A stretch of DNA of 64,000 nt, from contig NIVC01000093.1 of assembly GCA_002269645.1 (NCBI GenBank), forward strand, positions 496,001-560,000, written 5' to 3'. The notes beneath the pieces were generated by a model, which saw nothing but the letters and a program-made list of their open reading frames with translations, ran no database searches and was not told where the DNA came from. The position numbers and the translations under genes are program-made. Positions 48,801 through 60,361 of the stretch are shown piece by piece; the stretch's first letter is position 1, and each line of letters begins with the position of its first letter. The DNA comes from Macrostomum lignano. Its lineage: Eukaryota.

Positions 48801-51800
48801 TTTCCGCTTATCGATGATTACATTACCCCCAGTTTCCGCTTATCGATAATTACACAGCTCCCAGTTTCCGCCCCTTGATTATTACACAGCACTCAGTTTA
48901 GGTATTTATTTTAAAGAAAAGTTTTCGTTTTAAAGTCGATAAAAATGCAGATAAAATTATTTTAGTTGAGAAACTTTTAAAAAGCTTAATTAATGATTTT
49001 CGTTGCCACTTTGCTGTTGTATTCTGATTCTGTATTCTCAGACTCTGATTTGGCCTTTTCCTATATGCAAACTTCAACCTTCAACCTCAGTTACAGAGAT
49101 TTTCTGTTGACTAAAAGCCAACAATCAAACAAAGCAGAGAGAAATCTCCTGTATCCATTTACAATCCAAGACGTCAAGTCGGCAAAATCCCTACCTGACC
49201 GACAATGTCTGACAGCCACCTGACAGAGGCAAACAAACTAAACAGAAGAAACGAATCCTGCAGAGAGCAAACTGTTTGAATTTATGCATAGACTCAAGGC
49301 ATCGAAATTTTAGCTTCAATTTTGAGCTTGAGCTCAAGGAAAGCGAGCTAGAAAAACTACTGAACAACCAAAATAGTTGATTGTTCACTAATTTTCTAAA
49401 TAAATCCGAGATAGGTAAACAAAATATAAACTGGCGGCGGAAACAGCGTGGCGTTATATTTTTATTTTCTGCAACGCTTTCAGCAGAAAAGCAGAAATTG
49501 ATACTAAAAAAAACAACACTGTAAACAGGGGGACCCACCTCGGGGGACCCACCTCGGATGGGGTGGCAATGGCGCGCATGACTAATCGTACATGCACAGC
49601 ACTTCACAGCAGGCAGATCAGACAGTTGGTTACAATGGTTCCTATGTAAATAAGTGGCTGATAGAGATTGGAAACAGACACTTAACCTTTGGATACAGAA
49701 ATGAATAGAAACTGACTAAAAAACTAACGATTCAACATTTAAGGCGATAATATAAGTTACAGATAGACAGAAGGGCAGAACAATAGACAGACAGACAGAC
49801 AGATCCTATGACAGAAAGACAGACGCAAAGACACAGAGAGACACATAGACACAGACAGAAAGACACAAAGACACGGGCAGACAGACACAAAGACACAGAC
49901 AGACATACAGACAGACAGACACAAAGACACAGACAGACAGACAGACACAAAGACACAGACAGACATGCAGAAAGACAGACACAAAGACACAGACAGACAT
50001 GCAGAAAGACAGACACAAAGACACAGACAGACATACAGAAACTGCTGTGGCTAAGAAAAGAGCGGAAAAATCAGAAGCAGAAACCAAAGAAGCAAAGAAG
50101 CGGCCAAGGAACAGAAGCAACAAGAGAAGCAAGTGCAGCCGAGATGCTCAGTCATTATCAGCGTCAACAAAAAGCCAACGAAAGCATCAGCAGAATCGGT
50201 CAGTATCCGTCGCCAATGCGATTACCAAAAGATGATGGATAGGACGAGAGAAGTCGGCCAACTCTCGCAGGCAATCCGCTCTGCTTTGTTTTTGGCGCAT
50301 TCCAACAAGATCTCTGGCATAGGACGGTGGCGTATTATACACGAAATCTTCCATCTTAATCTAAATAGAAAGTGGCCTGATTCAGCCAGAGTGGCATAGA
50401 GACGGGTGGGAGCAAGTAAACAGTATTCATATGGATATCCGAAGCGATTCTACACTTATCCCGATAACAAGTGCATTGCAACGGCATTCCGTAGACACGT
50501 ATAGCAATTATTCATTCGTAATATCCCACAGAAATAATTGTTATGATTGCTGTTGCCATAGACTGTTACACCGCTTTCAGTTTCCGCCCCTCGATTATTA
50601 CACCGCCATCAGTTTCCGCCCCTAGATTATTACACCGCCATCAGTTTCCGCCCCTAGATTATTACACCGCCATCAGTTTCCGCCCCTCGATTATTACACC
50701 GCCATCAGTTTCCGCCCCTCGATTATTACACCGCCCTCAGGTTCCGCCCCTAGATTATTACACCGCCATCAGTTTCCGCCCCTAGATTATTACACCGCCC
50801 TCAGTTTCCGCCCCTCGATTATTACACCGCCCTCAGGTTCCGCCCCTAGATTATTACACCGCCATCAGTTTCCGCCCCTAGATTATTACACCGCCATCAG
50901 TTTCCGCCCCTCGATTATTACACCGCCCTCAGGTTCCGCCCCTAGATTATTACACCGCCATCAGTTTCCGCCCCTAGATTATTACACCGCCCTCAGGTTC
51001 CGCCCCTAGATTATTACACCGCCATCAGTTTCCGCCCCTCGATTATTACACCGCCATCAGTTTCCGCCCCTCGATTATTACACCGCCCTCAGGTTCCGCC
51101 CCTAGATTATTACACCGCCATCAGTTTCCGCCCCTAGATTATTACACCGCCCTCAGTTTCCGCCCCTCGATTATTACACCGCCATCAGATTCCGCCCCTT
51201 AAATTATTGCACTACCTTCAGTTTCCGCCCTTTGATTATTTAAACCTCGGTTGTATTAGCTACCTGAGCTATCAGGTGAAAAAATGTTTAGACATTCAAA
51301 ACCTGATACTGGACTCAAAAAGGAGATTAATTTATAATAAAAACTAAAGTAGAATCCAGGTACAACTTAGATGGGGAAGAAAAGAAACGGATCAAAAACT
51401 CCACCTACAAGAATCATGACAGAAATGTCAGACACGAATATCATAACAAAGATCATTTAGCTTCGCATAGAAAAAGTCATTTAAAAAAGACAGGATTTAC
51501 CCCAACACAAAACGCTGATCAGAGGGGTGAACTAAAAAACGAAGCCTTTAAAAGCAGACTAAGCCAGACGCCTGTTAAATGAAGCAAACTTACTAAGTAA
51601 TAGGACGCTTCTGCTGGTGGGGCGGCCTATTTTAACCATCAGCCCCCGCGCTCTGACTAAAGAATAAAGCAATTAAACCGAGAGACTGGAGAGTTTCGGG
51701 CCAGGGGGGTGGGGGGGGCTTAAAGACTCAAGACAGGCAGGCAATACGATAGCCATGGTGGATTTTTTTGTTGCTTTTTGTTCATTTCACGCATCAATAG

Positions 51801-54800
51801 CGAATTGAGAGCGCGGGCCAGGCGTCCATGGGGCGGTACGGGTTCCAAAGTGATCAAGTTTTATTATTTAAACTGCAATCTTATTCTCGTCAAAAAATCA
51901 ATGCCTGACTGCCATGCCGGCAGCTGGGGACAATGCGATACGCCTTGACACAATGGTGAATTAAATTTCTAGGGGTCAAACAGCTACATCACCTTAAATC
52001 GTGAAATTAATCAAATAGTGCTGGTTGGTGAATGTTAATCAGGTGAGTGAAACATCGGGGATTGGTGAATGAAGTTCTGTTCAGTAAATGAAGTTCAGTT
52101 CAGTAAATGAAGTTCTGGTCAGTGAATGAAGCTCTAGTTGGTGAATGAAGCTCTAGTTGGTGAATGAAGCTCTAGTTGGTGAATGAAGCTCTAGTTGGTG
52201 AATGAAGTTCAGGTTGGTGAATTAAAATCTGGTTAGTGAATGAAAATCGGGTCGGTGAATTAAGTTCTGGTTGGTGAATCGTTGATGATGGATCGGGTTG
52301 GTGAATGAAGGTCCCGTTGGTGAATGAACTGACTGGTGAAGGTTATTTAACAATATTTTTACGACCGGAAAACCTTTATCAAAAGACAAAGAAAAAGCCA
52401 AGCAAACTCACCGTTCATTTCCCGTCGAATGACATCAACAGGAAAAGGCGAAGTGAACTGAAAATAGTTCAACTGGTGCATGACAGACTGCTGATGATGA
52501 TGATCTGACGAAGCCGCAGAACCCGGAGCTGGCGGAGGCGAGATCTCGTAGCCATTAAGCCGCAGCATCTCCATGGTGACGGCCATCATAGCTGGGCTGC
52601 ATTGGAATTTAAAATGTCTCGGATTAATGCAGAGCTCATCTTCGCACCTGTGCACTAACAGGTTGGTATCGGTGCTGTCCATTGGGACGCCGTGGAACAG
52701 GATGGCAACCAGGGTGTCGAGACGCCACACCTTGTCGGAGCCGCGCAGACCATCGATGCGTTTCATCTTGCCTTTGCCATCTGGCACAGTCAGCACGCAG
52801 CTGGTGTCGTCGCATTCTAACCAGACTCGAATGAATGCCGCCTTGTAATCGTCTTGAATCTCTTTGAATATCTTTTTTAGTAGATTGGCAACTATGTCGG
52901 CTAGCTCAGTGTCGGTCATATCCTGTCAGAATTGCGACGATTGAAAAAAGTAGTCACACTCACAAAGGGTATACAGCGGTCCTGACATTATAATCGAGTG
53001 GAGAATATGGAGAGTGTTGTCTATGGCAGCGAGTGGAGAATATGGAGTGTGTTGTCTATGGCAGCGAGTGGAGAATATGAAGTGTGTTGTCTATGGCAGC
53101 GAGTGGACAATATGGAGAGTGTTGTCTATGGCAGCGAGTGGACAATATGGAGAGTGCTGTCTATGGCAGCGAGTGGAGAATATGGAGTGTGTTGTCTATG
53201 ACAGCGAGTGGACAATATGGAGTGTGTTGTCTATGGCAGCGAGTGGAGAATATGAAGTGTGTTGTCTATGGCAGCGAGTGGACAATATGGAGAGTGTTGT
53301 CTATGGCAGCGAGTGGAGAATATGGAGAGTGTTGTCTATGGCAGCGAGTGGAGAATATGAAGTGTGTTGTCTATGGCAGCGAGTGGACAATATGGAGAGT
53401 GTTGTCTATGGCAGCGAGTGGACAATATGGAGAGTGCTGTCTATGGCAGCGAGTGGAGAATATGGAGTGTGTTGTCTATGACAGCGAGTGGACAATATGG
53501 AGTGTGTTGTCTATGGCAGCGAGTGGAGAATATGAAGTGTGTTGTCTATGGCAGCGAGTGGACAATATGGAGAGTGTTGTCTATGGCAGCGAGTGGACAA
53601 TATGGAGAGTGTTGTCTATGGCAGCGAGTGGAGAATATGGAGAGTGTTGTCTATGGCAGCGAGTGGAGAATATGAAGTGTGTTGTCTATGGCAGCGAGTG
53701 GACAATATGGAGAGTGTTGTCTATGGCAGCGAGTGGAGAATATGGAGAGTGTTGTCTATGGCAGCGAGTGGAGAATATGGAGTGTGTTGTCTATGGCAGC
53801 GAGTGGACAATATGGAGAGTTTTGTCTATGGCATCGAGCGGAGAATATGGAGAGTTTTGTCTATGGCAGCGAGTGGAGAATATGGAGAGTGTTGTCTATG
53901 GCAGCGAGTGGACAATATGGAGAGTTTTGTCTACGGCATCGAGCGGAGAATATGGAGAGTTTTGTCTATGGCATCGAGCGGAGAATATGCTGTATAATCA
54001 GATAAAGGTTCACTGTTGTCTGCATGTTGTCTATGGCCTAACCCCCTATCTCTGCTCTGCAGCCCTAAAACTTTGTTGAATGTCTAATTCCACGCAATAA
54101 GTGACTCGTTATCTCAAAAAATTGTCAGGCCATAAAACAGGGGTCCTGTTGTTACATCCGCATTTATGCTTACCATAGCAGCATCTGACGCCTCATTCAA
54201 GCGGGCATAGTCCGACTGTTTGAATATTCGCTTCTTTTCTTTCTTCTTCTTGCCAGTTCGAATGTGCGACACCGCTTTGTACCAGCGGCCGCCCATACGG
54301 CGTACGCGGCGCATGCACAGCATTATGACGATATTCTCGCCGAGCTTCGGTGGGCACCGGCCAACGCCGCCGCCGCCGCTGCTACGATGCTGCCGCTGAT
54401 GACTAAGCGGCCCGGCGGCTGACGTTGACGACAAAGACGAAGATGGCGGCATAGCTGGAGATGCCAGTTGTTGTTGATGATGCTGCTGCTGATGATAGTT
54501 CATGCGGTGATGATGATGATGATGAGGATGCTGCTGCTGCTGTGAATGATGCTGATGCTGAATATGATGCGGGAAATGATGATGCTGATGATGCTGATGA
54601 TGCTGTTGCTGCGGTGGCGGTGGCGGCGGCAGAGGCGGAAGCGACGGCGGAAGCCCCGGATGATGCTGTTGTTGATGGGGATGATGCAGCGGCGGTCCCG
54701 GCGGAGGTCCAGCCAGATGGTGCGGCGCTCCGCCGGCACCAGCGGCGGCAGCGGCAGCGGCGGCGGCAGCGGCAGCAGCAGAATAAGGCGAAGCTGCGCC

Positions 54801-57800
54801 CTGGTCCAACAGCGGGTGCGAATGCGCACCCATCTGGAAGCAGAGCATTTTTATTCAATTTGAGAACGGTTGAGCTCTCTATTGCTTCTTCAACTTTCGG
54901 ATTGGGAGAGGGGATAAAATAAAAATCAAACTAATGGCGGTGAATTGATGGCTGTTTTAATCAGTTCTAGTAGGAGTGAGGAGGGAATTATAACGACACA
55001 CAGTGATGGCTTCCAGTCTCTCCGATAAAAAAAACAGAAGAGAAGCAGCGCGAGAAATTAATGAGCCGAAGTTTGATATATATATATCGGGTCTGTGCAA
55101 TAAAACAGCGAGTTGAGTGAGGTCAGCGACAGGAGGGAATATATATAAGCCTATATAAATCTCTATCGCTCAAGAATCTATATGGGGAGTGGCAGAGAGA
55201 CAGTTAAGAAACAGCCAGGCAATAATGATGGAATCGTCGATGGAATATAGCAACTTTTTAAGGAGGTGCCCAAGAGGAGCGAAACTTAATAACGAAATAA
55301 ACAGTGGACCAGTGGGGAGGGGGGGCGGCGGCGGAGGGCGGAGCGACGGTAACTTTCCCCACACTGCGCGAGCGCGCGCAAACTCCTGAAAACCCACGCC
55401 CGTTTCCGTCATCAGCCAACTGTAATTTAGCACCACAAGTCGGATGAGGCTCACTGCGGGCCGCAGGAAACTGGCTGTAGCCAGGCAGGGGGGGGGGGGC
55501 ACTGTTGCTAAAAGGGTGACTAAACACACAACCACTTTACTCGCGCAGGAATGGATACTGGGAGCCCCCTCCTCTTCTAGCACGATTTCCGTCAGCAGTC
55601 AGCAAGAGGAGAAAAACATGGAGCCAGACCAGCAGGCTCCTTCAAGCTTATTTTAACGTTGAATGGCAGGGGCCAGTTCGTAAAAGCTATATGCTATTTT
55701 CTAGCTTATCGCCTCCTCTTTTTCCCTCCTAGAAATCAATTTTCCCAGGGTCATGGCTAACATTTGCGGCTTTCTCTCTCTCTACCTCTATGGCTGGGCA
55801 CAAAGCTATAACAGTGCAGCAGCTTAGCTTTAGCATTACCAAAACCGCATTCTGGTTTTCATCGCTATCTGATTGCACTATTTCCAATACGTATTATGAA
55901 GCCTGAATACAAATGATTTCCTAGCATCCTCAGGCTAGGAAATAGCACAACCAACACGTAAGATTTAAGACTATCATCAACTATATTCTTGAATCTTAAA
56001 AACACACCGAACAAGTCTCAAGAGCAAATAATAATAGGATGACGATTCTTGAAAATTTCGAAACATCTCTTCAACGCGGCTGAGGCGGGCGTTTTGCCCG
56101 CCCTGCCCAGCCAGCCAGCATCAAGCATTACGTAACACAACAACTAGCCCGCTTGAAATATCTGGAGCAGAATGCTTTCAAGAGTGTGTTCTGTGAAATA
56201 CTCAATGCAATAGATCATAGCAGCCGCATGCTAAACAGCCAATGAACTGCACATGCATTGGCTCAATCTGATAAATCATATTTGAATGGCACAACCAACT
56301 GTTGTGCAAAACAGCACGAGGCTGGCTATAGGGTGCCACCTCTACTGGACAGGGCTTTGCAGTCGGCGCGCTTCTTCACACAAAAAATCAACCCGAAGGA
56401 TGGATGCTGGAGGCAGGCAGACTGGCTGTAACATAAGCCTTTAGCGATGACGGAGGAGGAGGGTTCCGCTTGGCTCGAGGTGGAACAGGCCATGACGGCT
56501 TCCAAGTTCCAAGCAACACAACTAAACGCATTGTTGCCACAAATATAGAGGCTAAAGCCTTTATAAGCAAGGAATCCGAGACGAACATCTGATTTCGAGC
56601 CAGAAAGGCAAGATGGGGTGGTGGAAAGCTAAAACTGTCTGCGGAAATTCGACCGCCAACTGACTGACTAAGACAGCATGTACACACACACACACAGAGC
56701 AGCGGCAGCAGTGTTAGGGCAACTGGAAGCTTAACTCCATCTAGCGAAAAAAACCTATGGCCGCAAGGGGCGGGGCAAATAAGCCAACCTGAATCATAGC
56801 GCTAGACAGAAAGACGGAGAAGGATTTCAACACTGACAAGCAGCCCCAGACCTGCATAGACCTTTTGGCCTTACAATCTTTCATCCACTCTCTCGCTCTC
56901 TACCCACTCTACCATTCGATCTTTCTAATTGATCTCCCACTAGTTAGACAAACCGCGAACCTCAGCTTTGTACTAAGCTGAACTTGTCAGAATTCGTCGC
57001 ATCGCGACCGCCAAAAAAGTGCAAAACGTATCAGCTACAGAGAGGGAAAGAATCGATAAGTTGCAAAAGCACTGAACTAGATTGAGCTGAGGAATAAAGC
57101 TGGGGAATGATGGTGCACCCAATTAAACATTATTTTAATATCACACTACTCGTGACTTTATCTAAAGCTTAGCTTTTCCAAAGATACCCATAAAAAAGCA
57201 CACATGAATTTTTCTAGTTTCCTAGAAATAAACCGAGACAGCAATATAGCCATCGCTTCGCCACTGCCTCACCAGCGAATAGAAATAATGCAATCGCGAC
57301 AGCGGATGATGCGGCAAACCCGGCGGCGGCGGAAGCGGAAAAGGGGGCGGCGGCGGCGGCAGAGCCTGTTGGGAGCGTGACGGTGCCGGCAACGAATGAT
57401 GTCGGCTAAAAAACGGCACAGAAGGATTAGAACCAACAGCGGCAGCCGCCGCAGCTGCCGCGGCTGCAGCAACAGCGGCCGCTGCCGGAGACACAGTCGA
57501 GGGGACTGACGATGTTGAAGACGAAGAAGAGTTCTGCGGACCGAACAACTTTGTGCCGAATAGCATAACTGTTTGTTGTTGAGTTTAAACGGCGCAAAAG
57601 ATGCTAATGCAAAAACTTCTCAAGATTTAGAGTTGAGCAACTCAGAATACCGGAGCGGTCGGTTGAGAAAAAATGAAAGATGCCGCTCGATCCGCCGGGG
57701 TGGTTGGGGAAGATGAGGCGGGGCGGAGCGGGAAGCTGAGGAGGGGGATAGAGAATCGGGGTAGAAATCTTCTCTGCATCCTGCTCACAGATAATCCGCG

Positions 57801-57822
57801 TCCAATCCAACCAGGGCTTCAT
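37137..57822 (-). CDS. nfi: Divergent Nuclear Factor I (CTF/NFI) transcription factor, 7 predicted coding exons, about 1247 aa
   Basis: Exons 57822-57651, 57568-57273, 54833-54174, 52922-52412, 40530-39886, 39710-39205 and 38090-37137. All are GT-AG with matching phases (1,0,0,1,1,0) and total 3744 nt. The [51 protein letters not shown] matches the NFI signature. Joining the three C-terminal exons across the 11.9-kb intron rests on phase and composition only. Confidence 0.75.
38170..38848. repeat. 30-bp intronic minisatellite
   Basis: gctgagatgccatggctcacagggggagtt repeated. It generates the [10 protein letters not shown] and [10 protein letters not shown] ORFs. Confidence 0.97.
38912..39111 (-). 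mobile_element. tRNA-derived SINE (about 200 bp) in an NFI intron
   Basis: Minus-strand head ggggttgtgcagcctagtggttagagcgtcggactcacgacttgaaggtcgggggttcgattcccgatccc has an A box, a B box and an imperfect cloverleaf with CAC in the anticodon loop. It is followed by a non-tRNA body and an (ATT)n tail. 8-bp TSD taatcgca at 38904-38911 and 39112-39119. Confidence 0.8.
41672..42115. repeat. 31-bp minisatellite (16+15 bp subunits)
   Basis: ctccgaaacttcaacactccgaactttgcca repeated, degenerate at both edges. Confidence 0.93.
44022..44395. repeat. 25-26-bp minisatellite
   Basis: gagtttgtgtctgtatatcttttt(t) repeated. Confidence 0.93.
45143..45860. repeat. (AGAC)n microsatellite
   Basis: agac run interrupted by acac/agag units. 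Confidence 0.98.
48775..48900. repeat. Degenerate ~32-bp units related to the 50560-51240 array
   Basis: gatgattaca...cagtttccgc units, about 4 copies. Confidence 0.75.
49758..50040. repeat. Degenerate (AGAC)n/(ACAG)n compound microsatellite
   Basis: acagacagac / acaaagacac units. Confidence 0.9.
50565..51240. repeat. 32-bp minisatellite, about 21 copies
   Basis: gattattacaccgccatcagtttccgccccta, with tttccgcccc at 50581 and 50613. Confidence 0.97.
52040..52342. repeat. 19-bp minisatellite
   Basis: gtgaatgaagctctagttg repeated (52141, 52160), degenerate at the edges. Confidence 0.9.
52412..52922 (-). CDS. nfi: NFI DNA-binding/dimerisation (MH1-like) domain exon
   Basis: [25 protein letters not shown] is the hallmark NFI motif. 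Acceptor ctgacag|gat, donor aacg|gtgagt. Confidence 0.93.
52996..53990. repeat. 35-bp minisatellite filling the intron that splits the NFI DBD
   Basis: gagtggagaatatggagagtgttgtctatggcagc repeated. Confidence 0.97.
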
Positions 57823-58039
57823 AATTTGTTCTCTCTCATTTTTCCTTCTCTAATCCTGATCTCAGTGATTTGCTAGCTCAGCACTGAATGATCATAATTA
57901 CAGACCATCTCTGGCGGCTGGTTACTCTGTCCTCTCCGAAAAATTGACCAGGTCAGAAAAAAAGACTGACAAGTCCCGAATAGACTGACACGAGTCAGGG
58001 TTAGCGTTTAACTATAAATGATGCATGAGGAAATAGCGA

Positions 58040-58855
58040 AGATGTTGAGGCTCATTGGGGGAATTGCTAAGATGTCAAGAATCATAGGAGAATTGCTAAG
58101 AAGTCAAGGCTCATGGGGGAATTGCTAAGAAGTCAAGGCTCATGGGTAAATTGCTAAAATTTCAAGGCTCATGGGGGAATTGCTAAGAAGTCAAGGCTCA
58201 TGGGGGAATTGCTAAGAAGTCAAGGCTCATGGGGGAATTGCTAAGAAGTCAAGGCTCATGGGGGAATTGCTAAGATGTCAAGGCTCATGGGGGAATTGCT
58301 AAGAAGTCAAGGCTCATGGGGGAATTGCTAAGAAGTCAAGGCTCATGGGTAAATTGCTAAAATTTCAAGGCTCATGGGGGAATTGCTAAGAAGTCAAGGC
58401 TCATGGGGGAATTGCTAAGAAGTCAAGGCTCATGGGGGAATTGCTAAGAAGTCAAGGCTCATGGGGGAATTGCTAAGATGTCAAGGCTCATGGGGGAATT
58501 GCTAAGAAGTCAAGGCTCATGGGGGAATTGCTAAGATGTCAAGGCTCATGGGGGAATTGCTAAGAGGTCAAGGCTCATAGGGGAATTGCTAAGAAGTCAA
58601 GGCTCATGGGGAATTGCTAAGATTTCAAGGCTCATGAGGGAATTGCTAAGATGTCAAGGCTCATGGGTAAATTGCTTAAATTTCAAGGCTCATGGGGGAA
58701 TTGCTAAAAGGTTAAGGCTCATGGGGGAATTGCTAAGATTTCAAGACTCATACAGGGATTGTTGAGATGTCAAGGCTCATAAGGGAACTTTGAGATGTCA
58801 AGGCTCATAGGGGATTTTCGAAATGCCGCGGCTCATGGGGGTTGCTCAGATGCTT
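58040..58855. repeat. 29-bp minisatellite upstream of NFI
   Basis: ggctcatgggggaattgctaagaagtcaa repeated. Confidence 0.97.
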
Positions 58856-59196
58856 GGAGCCAAAGCTCATAGCAGATAATGATATCTTAGGCTAGATTGC
58901 TAGCTGTCAGGGTGGCTGCTTTTTGCTTTAAAAATCAGTTTCCTTAATAAAAAATCTAACAAAACTAGCAAGATTAAAAACTACATATATGAAGAATGTC
59001 CCAAAAGTTCCCAGAATGTTTGTTCTAGCTCCTCCATATTTTGACGTACCCAGTTTTATATATTTTTGTGTCAAACTATAGATAATTTATTGTTTGACAA
59101 GAAAATGTCATATGAATTTCTTTTCTATCTGGTTTTAGACTTTCAGTTAAGAGCTACACTAGAAAATGTGAAGGAAAGTCAGCACTAGTGTACTGT

Positions 59197-59318
59197 GCTG
59201 CGGCGGCTGCCGCTGTTGGCTCTAATCCTTTTGTGCCATTTTTCGGCCAACATCATTTGTTGCTGGCACCGTCATGCTCCCAACAGGCTCTGCTGCCACC
59301 GCCGCCCCCCCTTTTTCC
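59197..59318 (+). pseudogene. Inverted partial copy of NFI exon 2 (57337-57455)
   Basis: gctgcggcggctgccgctgttggctctaatccttttgtgccatttttcggccaacatcatttgttgctggcaccgtcatgctcccaacaggctctgc matches the minus-strand exon sequence with scattered substitutions. Confidence 0.85.
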
Positions 59319-59575
59319 TTGAATCTCCACTTCATATAGAAAGAGCTGTTTCTTCAAACATTTTTATTTTTTTTGTCATTGCCCCCCCAATAGTAGCACA
59401 AATATTGCTAGCCTAAACATACAGGCATAATTTATAATCAACAGAAATGTCTTTCAGCGCCTCAACCCCTTTAGTGCCTTGGTGGTTGGCCCTCAGTTAT
59501 ACCAGCAAAATTTTTGTGCATAAACTCCAAATTAATGTAACCACAAACAGAATAAAGATTGGGGTTTATGGCATA

Positions 59576-60361
59576 GGCTTATTCCATATAAGATAGACAT
59601 ATTTGGAAAATAGAAAAAAGTCAATATTTTTGCTTGCCATTGCCTAATTAGCCTATTTTTTTACCAAATGTTTATATTGTGCAATATATACAATCTAAGA
59701 ATAAAGGAATGGTAAAATGTTGGATTAGTATGTTATCAATTGGCAAAAAGTCTTTTTTGTAAAAATTTGGACATTTTTCGAAGCAAAAGACATCATTAAG
59801 ATTTTGTACCTTTTAAAAACAAATAGAAAGCTTTTGAAGGTTGAAACAAACTATAGATAAAAGTATAGTACTTGCATCATCAGATAAAAGCATTGGTGAC
59901 CAAATAATCGATTATATTTTTAATGTATTAGTACCTCAAAGTTACTGAATTGACAGAAAAAAATATGTTACGACCATAATGTTACGACCATAAGGCTGCC
60001 TTTTCTTTTGTATCTTTGTTGCCTTTTGAGTTTATATATTCTAATAAAAGAGTATGATTTCTAAAGATGTTCTTAGTCAAATTTTAAAAATGTATTGCAA
60101 AATATCAAAAATGAAAAATGTTATAAGACTTTTACCTTTTAGTTTCTATATGTCAAAAATCCTGTTGTTACGACCATAAGTGTCATTTAAGGTTTAATAG
60201 CATCTATACTAATGATGATATCTATATGAAACTCTATAAATATATTCTAGACAAAATAATCTTTCATTTAAAATATTGGTTTAGTATATTCTATTATTAG
60301 ATTTCATTTTATAAGTAAAAATAACCTGTCATGTTACGACCATGCTTATATGGAATGAGCC
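59576..60361. mobile_element. AT-rich MITE (786 bp) with 17-bp TIRs
   Basis: Left ggcttattccatataag, right cttatatggaatgagcc (16/17 match). Flanking cata/cata at 59572-59575 and 60362-60365. Four internal gttacgaccat motifs. Confidence 0.75.

Noticed and set aside
49999-50399. Lys/Arg-rich plus-strand ORFs as a gene
   Set aside because: They begin in a microsatellite, are short, and show no domain motif or convincing splice structure.
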